Assembly: GCA_019057865.1 (NCBI GenBank)
Contig: JAHLWP010000061.1
Location: 1-15,250 of the forward strand
From: Promethearchaeota archaeon
Lineage (GTDB): Archaea; Asgardarchaeota; Lokiarchaeia; Sigyniarchaeales; SOKP01
Length of the DNA: 15,250 nucleotides
Direction: 5' to 3'
In this document: piece by piece, positions 7,518 through 15,250 of the stretch
How positions within the stretch are numbered: position 1 is the first letter of the stretch
Layout of the letters: every line of letters starts with the position of its first letter
Program-made: the position numbers and the translations under genes
The notes under the pieces: generated by a model
What the model was told of the DNA's origin: nothing
The model's input: only the letters and a program-made list of their open reading frames with translations
Databases searched by the model: none

Positions 7518-7538
7518 AGTCAAAAATTTAAGAAATAA

Positions 7539-8486
7539 TTAAAATTTATATATACGACTATTTTTTCTTTCATTTGCTATATAATCACTTTTACCATACG
7601 GATGACCACCAAATCCGTGACGCATTATTGCCACCGCTCTATAAGAATCATTTGGTTTTATCCTTGATTTAAATAATTCTATAACGGCCTGCGTTATCAC
7701 AGGGATAGGTATCTCTTTATTAATTGCCTCTTGAACTAGCCAATTAACTTCACCTGTATCTTCTATAAATGCTGGAACATCATCGATTTTGTTATTTAAA
7801 TCCCTTAATCCTTTTTCCATTAATTCGACAAGCCAACTTCGTATTACTGACCCATTTGAATACATTTTAAAAATATCTGGTAAGTTTAAATCAAATTCAG
7901 ACCTATTCAACAGTTCTACACCTTCACCAATTGCTTGAAGCATTCCAAATTCAATACCATTATGAACAAGTTTAACGAAATGTCCACTCCCAGAAGGACC
8001 ACAATATAAATACCCATTCTCAACAGCTAATTTTTTAAGGATGGGTTCAGCTAATTCAAATCCTTTTCGATCTCCACCAATCATAAAACAAGCGCCATTT
8101 CGGGCCCCTTCCAAACCTCCGCTAGTTCCGCAATCTAAAAAGTAAATGTGTTTTTCTTCAAGATCTTTTGCTCTTCTTTGTGAATCTTTATAAAATGAAT
8201 TGCCCCCGTCTAATAATACATCTCCTTTTGCAAGGAAAGGAGTTATTTCATTAATCACTTTATCAACAAGTGATCCAGCAGGTAAAGAAAGAAAAATAAC
8301 TCTTGGAGCTATTAAGGAATTTTTAAAACTCTCATAATCAACAAGTACCTTAATACCTTTATTTGCTAAATCTTTTCTCTCTGAAATATCTTTTCCAACA
8401 ACAATTATTCCTTTATCAACACACTGTTGAGCAAAATTTCCACCCATTTTCCCTAGTCCAATAATTCCTAATTCCATTAAATCCAC
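7539..8486 (-). CDS. gnd: 6-phosphogluconate dehydrogenase (decarboxylating), short YqeC-type
   Basis: GLGKMG, DGGNS, DCGTSGG, GHFVKLVHNGIEFG, SVIRSWL, DTGEVNW and MRHGFGGH motifs. The start may be ATG 8477. Confidence 0.93.
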   Translation of the reverse strand: MDLMELGIIGLGKMGGNFAQQCVDKGIIVVGKDISERKDLANKGIKVLVDYESFKNSLIAPRVIFLSLPAGSLVDKVINEITPFLAKGDVLLDGGNSFYKDSQRRAKDLEEKHIYFLDCGTSGGLEGARNGACFMIGGDRKGFELAEPILKKLAVENGYLYCGPSGSGHFVKLVHNGIEFGMLQAIGEGVELLNRSEFDLNLPDIFKMYSNGSVIRSWLVELMEKGLRDLNNKIDDVPAFIEDTGEVNWLVQEAINKEIPIPVITQAVIELFKSRIKPNDSYRAVAIMRHGFGGHPYGKSDYIANERKNSRIYKF

Positions 8487-8586
8487 ATGTCTATTTTACT
8501 ATTAAATACGGTACTTCATTATATAATTATAATGGTTTTAAATCATTAAAGGAATCTTTATAAAATCCCTATATTCATTTATTATA

Positions 8587-10626
8587 ATGCCTCGATCGAT
8601 TGTTTTCGGGAATCAAAATTTATTAGTATGTATAGATAAAAGTTATAACATTCGAGATCTCTATTATCCTTATGTAGGAATGGAAAATCATCTTGAAGGC
8701 CATGAATGTAGAATAGGGATTTGGGTGGAGGGGAATTTTAGCTGGTTAGAGTCTGATTTATGGGAAAAAAATTTAAAATACGCTAGTGAAAGTCTTATTG
8801 GAGAATCTGAATTTGAGAATCAAACTATAAATTCAAAAATGACTATTAAAGACTGTGTTTATTATAAAAAGAACATTTTTTTAAGAGAAATTCAAGTAGA
8901 AAACCTTTCAAATGAAGATAAGGAATATAGAATTTTTTTTAGCCACGATCTTCAGATAAAAGGAACACGTATAGGTATAACAGCTTATTTTGATCCAGAA
9001 ACCAAAAGTGTGATCCATTACCTAAGGGATAGGTGGTTTCTCTTTAATGGAAAAGGAGATAGTATTGGCATTGATGGATTCACAATAGGTAAGACGCATT
9101 TTGGGGCTTCAGTTGGATCTTACAAGGATGCTGAAGATGGATATCTTTCGGGAAATCCTATTGATCAAGGAACTGTAGATTCTACTATTCAAGTAAATGT
9201 AAAAGTTAAAGGAAAACAGAAAGGAGTAGTTAAATATTGGTTCACAGTTGGATTAGATTCTACTGAAGTTAAGCAATTGAATGATTTTATTATTACTAAA
9301 GGGATTTCAAATGCTATAGAGGAGACACTTGCATTTGATAGAACTTGGGTAAAAAAATCAAACCTGGACTTCTTTGATTTACCAGATAATGTAATCAAAT
9401 TGTTAAAACAAAGTTTGTTATTAGTTAAAAGTCAAATGGACAAAAGTGGTGCTATTATTGCAGCAAATGATACAGATATCATGCAATTTAATCGAGACCA
9501 TTATTCATATCTTTGGCCAAGGGATGGCGCTCTAGTGGCTTTATCATTATCTAAAGCAGGTTATGCTTTCTTAACAAGAAAATTTTATCAACTGTGTGGA
9601 AAATTAATCACATCTAAAGGATTTCTTTTACATAAATATAATCCTGATGGGAGCATAGGATCATCGTGGCATTCTTGGTTTAATAAAGAAGAAGGATTAA
9701 TATTGGCAATTCAAGAAGATGAAACTGCGCTAGTGTTATATACATTAGGGGAGTATTATAAGATTTATAAAGACATGGATTTATTAGCAGAATTATATTC
9801 TAAATTCATTATACCCGCCGCTGATTTTATGGTAGAATTTCGGGATGAAAGAGGTCTTCCACTTCCAAGTTATGATCTTTGGGAGGAGAGAAGAGGAATT
9901 CACGCTTTTACCACTGTTTCTGTAATTGCCGGATTAAGATCTGCTGCTAAATTCGCGGAATATTTTGGTGAGATAAAAAGAGCTAAAATTTACAGAGAAA
10001 CCGCCGAAAAGATGAAAGCTGCGATGATCAAATATTTATTTGATATAAAATTGAACAGATTTTTACGTACGATTAATTTTCAAAAAGATGGTGGTATAAT
10101 CAAGGATATGATAATGGATGCGAGTATCTATGCAATCTTTGAATTTGATGTATTTTCAATTAACGACCCTATGGTACAGTCAACCATGAATCAAGTAATA
10201 GAAAGATTAAGGGTTAAAACTGATGTAGGAGGGATTGCAAGATATGAAAACGACTATTATCATAAGGTTTCGGAGGATGTTATTAATGTGCCGGGAAATC
10301 CATGGTATATATGTACATTATGGATTGCTGAATGGTATTTGAAGAATGCTAAGGAGGGGATTAATTCAAAAGATAATTTAGATAGAGCTAAAGATATACT
10401 AAAATGGGTTGCAGATCATTCATTATCAACTGGAGTATTGGCAGAACAAGTCAATCCTTATACGAATGAACCTATCTCCGTGAGTCCACTTACGTGGAGT
10501 CACGCCACATTAATATTAACTGTACTTGAATATCTTGATAGTTTCTCAATCTTCAAAGCTTGTCCTCATTGTGGTCAACCTCTCTCATTTAAAGATAGTT
10601 TTAAAATAAAGAAAGAGAGGCATTAA
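8587..10626 (+). CDS. Glycoside hydrolase family 15 (glucoamylase-like)
   Basis: YSYLWPRDG, QEDETA, DLWEERRG, GIARYENDYY, LAEQV and SPLTWSHA motifs. Confidence 0.92.
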   Translation: MPRSIVFGNQNLLVCIDKSYNIRDLYYPYVGMENHLEGHECRIGIWVEGNFSWLESDLWEKNLKYASESLIGESEFENQTINSKMTIKDCVYYKKNIFLREIQVENLSNEDKEYRIFFSHDLQIKGTRIGITAYFDPETKSVIHYLRDRWFLFNGKGDSIGIDGFTIGKTHFGASVGSYKDAEDGYLSGNPIDQGTVDSTIQVNVKVKGKQKGVVKYWFTVGLDSTEVKQLNDFIITKGISNAIEETLAFDRTWVKKSNLDFFDLPDNVIKLLKQSLLLVKSQMDKSGAIIAANDTDIMQFNRDHYSYLWPRDGALVALSLSKAGYAFLTRKFYQLCGKLITSKGFLLHKYNPDGSIGSSWHSWFNKEEGLILAIQEDETALVLYTLGEYYKIYKDMDLLAELYSKFIIPAADFMVEFRDERGLPLPSYDLWEERRGIHAFTTVSVIAGLRSAAKFAEYFGEIKRAKIYRETAEKMKAAMIKYLFDIKLNRFLRTINFQKDGGIIKDMIMDASIYAIFEFDVFSINDPMVQSTMNQVIERLRVKTDVGGIARYENDYYHKVSEDVINVPGNPWYICTLWIAEWYLKNAKEGINSKDNLDRAKDILKWVADHSLSTGVLAEQVNPYTNEPISVSPLTWSHATLILTVLEYLDSFSIFKACPHCGQPLSFKDSFKIKKERH

Positions 10627-10627
10627 A

Positions 10628-11710
10628 TTGAAAGCTATTGTAGTCACACCGGGTAAAGCTAATTCAGTAAGAATAGCAGAGCTATCTCAACCGAAAATAA
10701 AAACTAACGAAATACTAATAGAAGTTATAAGAGTGGGGATTGATGGAACAGACAGGGAAATAATCGATGCAAAATATGGTTTAGCTCCTGAAAATGAAGA
10801 ATTCTTAGTATTGGGACATGAAGCATTAGGAAAAATTAGAGAAATCGGTGCAGATGCAAAAGAAAATGCTAACAACCTTAAAGAAGGGGATATTGTTGTT
10901 CCACTCGTACGGAGACCTGATGATTGCTCCTATTGTCAAAATGATATGCAAGATATGTGTATTAAAGGTGATTATACTGAAAGAGGAATTAAGGGTCAAC
11001 ATGGATATCTTTCTGAATACTTTACTGAAATCCCTAAATATTTAGTTAAAATCCCCAAAGATATTGAAAAGATTGCTATCTTACTTGAACCTTTAAGTAT
11101 TGTTGAGAAAGGTATAAGACAGGGCTGGAGCATCCAGAACAGAATTCCTTGGGAACCAAAAAATGCACTTGTATTAGGACTCGGGGTAATTGGAATTTTA
11201 GGGTGTCTTGTTTTAAAAGCAATGGGTATTGATGTTTATGTTTATTCAATGGAAGATGATTCAAATTCAAAAGTGAAATTAATTAAAAAAGTAGGTATTA
11301 ACTACATTTCTGCTTCTAAAAAGGATATGCTTAAATTGCCAACTTTGATAGGTAGAAATATTGATTTTATATTAGAAGCAACAGGAAATTCATCAGTAGC
11401 ATTAAATGCAATGTCTTTAATTGGAATTAATGGTGCCTTATGTTTAACGAGTGTAACAGGAGGACTAAATAGAGTAACTATCTGTGCAGATTGTTTAAAT
11501 TTAAATTTAGTTTTAGGAAACAAAGTTATTTTTGGAACTGTAAATGCTAATCGTATAGATTTTGAAAAAGGGGTCAAACATTTACAATTATATAATAAAA
11601 AACATCCAGGGCTTCTGGATAAATTGATAACTAATCGGTTTAAACCCGAAGAATTTAAAAAAGCTTTTGAAAATTTTAAAGATTTAAAAGCGGTGGTTGA
11701 ATTTAAATGA
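10628..11710 (+). CDS. Zinc-dependent glucose 1-dehydrogenase (MDR family)
   Basis: GIDGTD, LGHEALG, VRRP, ERGIKG, LLEPLS, and LVLGNKVIFGTVNA motifs. TTG start 1 nt after the GH15 stop. Confidence 0.88.
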   Translation: MKAIVVTPGKANSVRIAELSQPKIKTNEILIEVIRVGIDGTDREIIDAKYGLAPENEEFLVLGHEALGKIREIGADAKENANNLKEGDIVVPLVRRPDDCSYCQNDMQDMCIKGDYTERGIKGQHGYLSEYFTEIPKYLVKIPKDIEKIAILLEPLSIVEKGIRQGWSIQNRIPWEPKNALVLGLGVIGILGCLVLKAMGIDVYVYSMEDDSNSKVKLIKKVGINYISASKKDMLKLPTLIGRNIDFILEATGNSSVALNAMSLIGINGALCLTSVTGGLNRVTICADCLNLNLVLGNKVIFGTVNANRIDFEKGVKHLQLYNKKHPGLLDKLITNRFKPEEFKKAFENFKDLKAVVEFK

Positions 11711-11913
11711 GAATTACAATTTTAAATGAATGCCGTAGACTAGCATTAAACTATAATTATTCGCATGACAAAGAAGAGTCACTCTAAATTAAAAAAACAA
11801 CGGGAATTCTAGTACCCTTAATGATAGGCTTTCCTCCTAGAATTTCCGGATTGCTTTCGATAATATCTGACATTTTCTATGATACTCTATAGTAAAATAT
11901 ATTTAAATACATA

Positions 11914-12165
11914 TTGGAAAATCTTTTATTGAAAGAATCGCACCTAGAGAGAGGTGGTATGGTGAGAAACGTTGTAAAAGGATTAGACATTACAGCTCAA
12001 GCTTTGACGGATGGTAAAGAAATCCCTCAAGAAGCGATCGACTTATTCTCAAAAAAATTTATACCAAATTCTCTCTATAATATAATTGTCAATTTGGGTT
12101 GGAGACTACAGGCACGTAGATATGGGAAAAAAAAAAAAATAAGAGATAAAACTTACACTCGCTAA
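11914..12165 (+). pseudogene. Possible decayed hemerythrin-domain fragment or hypothetical ORF
   Basis: VKGLDITAQALTDGKEIPQEAIDLF loosely resembles hemerythrin-like N-terminal helices, but the His ligands are absent and the tail runs through a poly-A tract. Confidence 0.25.
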
Positions 12166-12202
12166 GTTTTTCCAAAATTCTTTTGTTACCATTAATTATA
12201 AC

Positions 12203-13054
12203 CTATAACCCGACCATTTCAATGCTTATATCCCAAATCTTTTTAGCAAGCGTCTCATTGTAGGAATCTTTTGATGATTTTTGTTCTTGTTTATTAATAA
12301 AATACTTCCCAGTTATCGCTTCTACTTCTGGTGAGGATGCTAAATATATCGAAGTTTCAGCTCCTTTTTCAGCCGTTTTGAAAAAGCGTCTTACTATACC
12401 TTTTTTAGGTTTAGATCTGTCTACACCTAAATTTGTGTTTACAACTCCCGGATGAACAGTGTTCAGAGTAACTCCTGTGCCTTCTAATCTTCTACTAAAT
12501 TCATAAGACGTTAACATCAGAGCTAATTTTGAATCTCCATATAATCCCATAAATCGACGTTTTTTATGCTCACCTTGTAGGTCCTCAAAATCAATTGTTC
12601 CAAGTTTATGTGCTGCTGAAGCTACATTTATTATTCTACTTGGGGCGCTCCTTTTCAGTGTATCAAGTAATAGATTAGTCAATAAAAATGGTGCTAAATG
12701 ATTTACCGCAAAATTCATTTCGAATCCATCAACCGATGAAACTCGCTTCGAGAGCATTACTCCGGCATTATTTATAAGCACATGCAGATTCTGGTACTTA
12801 TTCTTGAACTTTGTTGCCAAATTTCGAATTGAATCCAAGGATGATAAATCACATAATAATAAATCCACATTTTTATTTCCTGTTTTTTCAATTATCTCTT
12901 TTAGCGCGGGTTCTCCCCGCTCCTTATTTCTACAGACAATCACTACAGTTCCATTCATTTCTGCTAATCCCATAGCCGTAGCTTTACCAATACCCGAATT
13001 TGCTCCTGTGATCATACAAATTTTTCCTTCCATACTCATATTTTCTATCTTCAA
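12203..13054 (-). CDS. Short-chain dehydrogenase/reductase, retinol dehydrogenase-like
   Basis: TGANSGIG, LINNAG, VNHLAPFLLTNLL, RIINVAS, YGDSK and HPGVVNT motifs. The start is more likely ATG 13039 or 13033. Confidence 0.93.
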   Translation of the reverse strand: MKIENMSMEGKICMITGANSGIGKATAMGLAEMNGTVVIVCRNKERGEPALKEIIEKTGNKNVDLLLCDLSSLDSIRNLATKFKNKYQNLHVLINNAGVMLSKRVSSVDGFEMNFAVNHLAPFLLTNLLLDTLKRSAPSRIINVASAAHKLGTIDFEDLQGEHKKRRFMGLYGDSKLALMLTSYEFSRRLEGTGVTLNTVHPGVVNTNLGVDRSKPKKGIVRRFFKTAEKGAETSIYLASSPEVEAITGKYFINKQEQKSSKDSYNETLAKKIWDISIEMVGL

Positions 13055-13159
13055 CTCAATCTTAATCTAATTTACGTATAAATTAATATTAGTAAATAAT
13101 TCATAATTTATCAAAATAGCATCTATATCTTATAAATCAGTCTTTAAAAATAGAAATTC

Positions 13160-13242
13160 ATTGATTTTAAAAAAGGCTTTTTCTGATTAATATAAATTCT
13201 TATATAGTAATGTAATTCATCCACAAAATTCTTTAAATTGAA
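13160..13242 (+). repeat. 83-bp direct repeat, copy 2
   Basis: 81/83 identical to 5415..5497. Confidence 0.95.
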
Positions 13243-13533
13243 AGCTATTAAATCATTATTTGAACTTAAAATCCCTAAATATCTAGAATCCCTGGTACCA
13301 AGAGAGTACTAGGGTGAATTTCTCTAATTTAATACCTAATTCTATTATGAATTCGTGAAACAACCGAAATTTTAAATAAATTGTTTACTATAAATGCCAA
13401 TAATTGAGAAAAAAGCATGATTATCTCAATTTTATTTATTTACTCAAATAGATTCTATTTCTTAAAAGATTTAAGTATTAAACGCTATTCATAATATAAG
13501 AAGAAATGTCTAAAAATAATTAAGATACTCCCT

Positions 13534-13935
13534 ATGAATAAAGAAATCGCACTTAAATGGTTGAAACAAGCTAAACATGATTTAGAAATAGCTGAGAAAA
13601 ATATCTCTATTGGAGGGTATGATATTGCAGCTTTTCTTTCTCATCAATCAGTAGAAAAATTATTAAAATCAATTTTTGCTCTGGAAGGAAAAAAAATTCC
13701 CAAAATTCATTATATTGAGGATTTAGGTAAAAGATTACATTTATCGAATCAAATCTTGGATAAAGTCATCGATTTGACAGGAGATTATACTTTTACTCGA
13801 TATCCTGATGTCGCTGAACAGTTACCATATGAAATTTATACTAAGGATATAGCCATAAGTAAAGTAGAAAAAGCAAAACATATATTTGCTCAATTAGAAA
13901 ATAGATATAAGGAGTTATTAAAAAATGAAGAATGA
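13534..13935 (+). CDS. HEPN domain protein
   Basis: WLKQAKHDL, AAFLSHQSVEKLLKS, PKIH and TRYPD motifs. Confidence 0.9.
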   Translation: MNKEIALKWLKQAKHDLEIAEKNISIGGYDIAAFLSHQSVEKLLKSIFALEGKKIPKIHYIEDLGKRLHLSNQILDKVIDLTGDYTFTRYPDVAEQLPYEIYTKDIAISKVEKAKHIFAQLENRYKELLKNEE

Positions 13936-14245
13936 TAAGTTAATTAAACTTTTTAAAAAGACATTATTACCACAGATCCTTAAAGAATATAACCCCCAAG
14001 CAATCATAATTTTCGGATCTCGAATAAAAGGGAATGCTACCTTGAATTCTGACTTAGATATCATAATCGTGTCAAAATTGTTTCAAGAAATTCCATTTAT
14101 TGAACGAATGTCATCTTTATTAAAAAAGTTTGATTTTCCTAGACATATTGATTATATCTGTTATACTCCAGAAGAATTTGAAAGAATTAAGGGTGGATCT
14201 TCTCTCATCATAGACGCGTTAGAATATGGAGAAATCATCTCTTAA
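13925..14245 (+). CDS. Minimal nucleotidyltransferase (MNT), partner of HEPN
   Basis: IIFGSRIKG...SDLDIIIV and YTPEEF motifs. Overlaps the HEPN gene end. Confidence 0.9.
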   Translation: MKNDKLIKLFKKTLLPQILKEYNPQAIIIFGSRIKGNATLNSDLDIIIVSKLFQEIPFIERMSSLLKKFDFPRHIDYICYTPEEFERIKGGSSLIIDALEYGEIIS

Positions 14246-14477
14246 AAACAACCAATATCTAATTCATTGGATTGGGACAACTCTAGAACGTTCTTTTAAA
14301 TTTTTAAATGACCACCTAGAATTAAAAGCAGTAGGAAAAGAAGAAAGAATTGACTATACCCTGAAATGGAAACGATTATAATTATAGCCTTGTAATATTG
14401 AATATATTCTCATAGTCATAACGAATTAAAAACACCTAAACAAAGGATATTTAATTAAGTGCTCTTATATTATAATT

Positions 14478-14705
14478 ATGGAATTTTCTTTCGATAAAGT
14501 TGCTAATGCCCTCTACATTCGTTTTTCAAATGAAAAGATCTTAAATTCTGATGAAATAGCAGAGGGAATTATCATTGACTATGGCAAAGACGAGAATATT
14601 GTAGGTGTAGAAATTTTAAACTTTACAAGCAGAAAGTTGGACCTAAATGATCTTGTTAAAATGATTATAGAAGAATTAATACCAAAACTAGCACAATGCC
14701 AATAA
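14478..14705 (+). CDS. DUF2283 family protein (putative antitoxin)
   Basis: FDKVANALYIRF...IIIDYGKDENIVGVEIL. Confidence 0.85.
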   Translation: MEFSFDKVANALYIRFSNEKILNSDEIAEGIIIDYGKDENIVGVEILNFTSRKLDLNDLVKMIIEELIPKLAQCQ

Positions 14706-14821
14706 AGTTCACTAAGAATGCCCTAGAACGAATGAGGGTTCGAAATATCTCCAAAGGGGAGATAATTGATGCTATTGAAAATCCAGAAAAATATTATGAT
14801 ATAAATTACCTTCTTATCTAA
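14696..14821 (+). pseudogene. Truncated DUF4258 family (RelE-like putative toxin) gene
   Basis: MPIKFTKNALERMRVRNISKGEIIDAIENPEKYYDINYLLI* overlaps the DUF2283 stop. The usual FTxHAxxRM His is Asn, and the frame ends after 41 aa at the hicA 3' end. Confidence 0.7.
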
Positions 14822-15056
14822 ATAATACCTTCATAAATTCTTTCTTATCTATTTCGAGGTAATCTGTGATATCCGATAAAATGTTATTAATTGTACCAAT
14901 TTTCAAACTCTTATGATTTGGAATAGTTATATGAAAATCTCCTTTAATTGTGGTAGTTAATCTCATAAGACTCCCCGTCTGCCTAGAGATTTCAAATCCA
15001 AATCTTTTTAATAATTTGGATAATTTCTGCCCGCTAATATTACGCGGGATTTTCAT
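14814..15056 (-). CDS. hicA: HicA-family toxin, catalytic His apparently replaced by Leu
   Basis: LKRFGFEISRQTGSLMRL...ITIPNHKSLKIGTINNIL. Confidence 0.85.
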   Translation of the reverse strand: MKIPRNISGQKLSKLLKRFGFEISRQTGSLMRLTTTIKGDFHITIPNHKSLKIGTINNILSDITDYLEIDKKEFMKVLFR

Positions 15057-15250
15057 AAAGTTATAACCTCTTCCTTTACAAAATGTAACCGTATAATGCG
15101 AGGTCTTTCTTTCTCATCAAAATGACATTTTATGGCATCTCTAATTGAATCCTTTAATTCAGTAAGATTATCAGCTTCAGTATGGATAGAGGCTTCTAAA
15201 GCTCTTGCTTCATAACCTCCTTCTAAAGATTCTTCAATAAGGAATATTAT
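15053..15250 (-). CDS. HicB-like antitoxin, 5' end outside the window
   Basis: IIFLIEESLEGGYEARALEASIHTEADNLTELKDSIRDAIKCHFDEKERPRIIRLHFVKEEVITL*. Its TGA overlaps the hicA ATG (ATGA). Confidence 0.8.
   Translation of the reverse strand: MIFLIEESLEGGYEARALEASIHTEADNLTELKDSIRDAIKCHFDEKERPRIIRLHFVKEEVITL

Noticed and set aside
1511-13070. Track ORFs 1511-1741, 4611-4985, 5997-6263, 9189-9398, 10687-10875, 10848-11045, 11076-11270, 11302-11577 and 12804-13070
   Set aside because: These are antisense or alternate-frame shadows of well-supported genes or gene fragments, with no motifs.
14311-14380. Short coding-like stretch (HLELKAVGKEERIDYTLKWKRL*)
   Set aside because: Too short to assign to a family. 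Possibly a gene remnant.
1-15250. CRISPR array, tRNA, rRNA, transposase or integrase
   Set aside because: No regularly spaced repeats, GC-rich cloverleaf or recombinase motifs were seen.

Overview
This is an AT-rich window with archaeal-type signals (TATA-like boxes, GGTGA/GGAGG ribosome sites), most consistent with an Asgard/Lokiarchaeia-like genome (inference). The left part is a mercury-detoxification cluster on the minus strand: HxlR-type regulator, CxxC thioredoxin-fold protein, a small gene missed by the ORF track, merB-like lyase and merA, plus a divergent Cys-rich micropeptide. The missed gene (4059..3847, minus) is a 70-aa GDCCVxC-family protein with four in-frame UGA codons at or next to family Cys positions. 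It is followed 8 nt after its TAA stop by a eukaryote-type SECIS hairpin (AUGA...AAA...UGA), so it is a candidate multi-selenocysteine protein inside a mer cluster. The middle ~7.7 kb holds gene fragments, a DUF1059-like peptide, a cyclase, gnd, a GH15 hydrolase, glucose 1-dehydrogenase and an SDR, and is bracketed by an 83-bp direct repeat. The right end is a cluster of partly decayed toxin-antitoxin modules (HEPN-MNT, DUF2283/DUF4258, HicAB).
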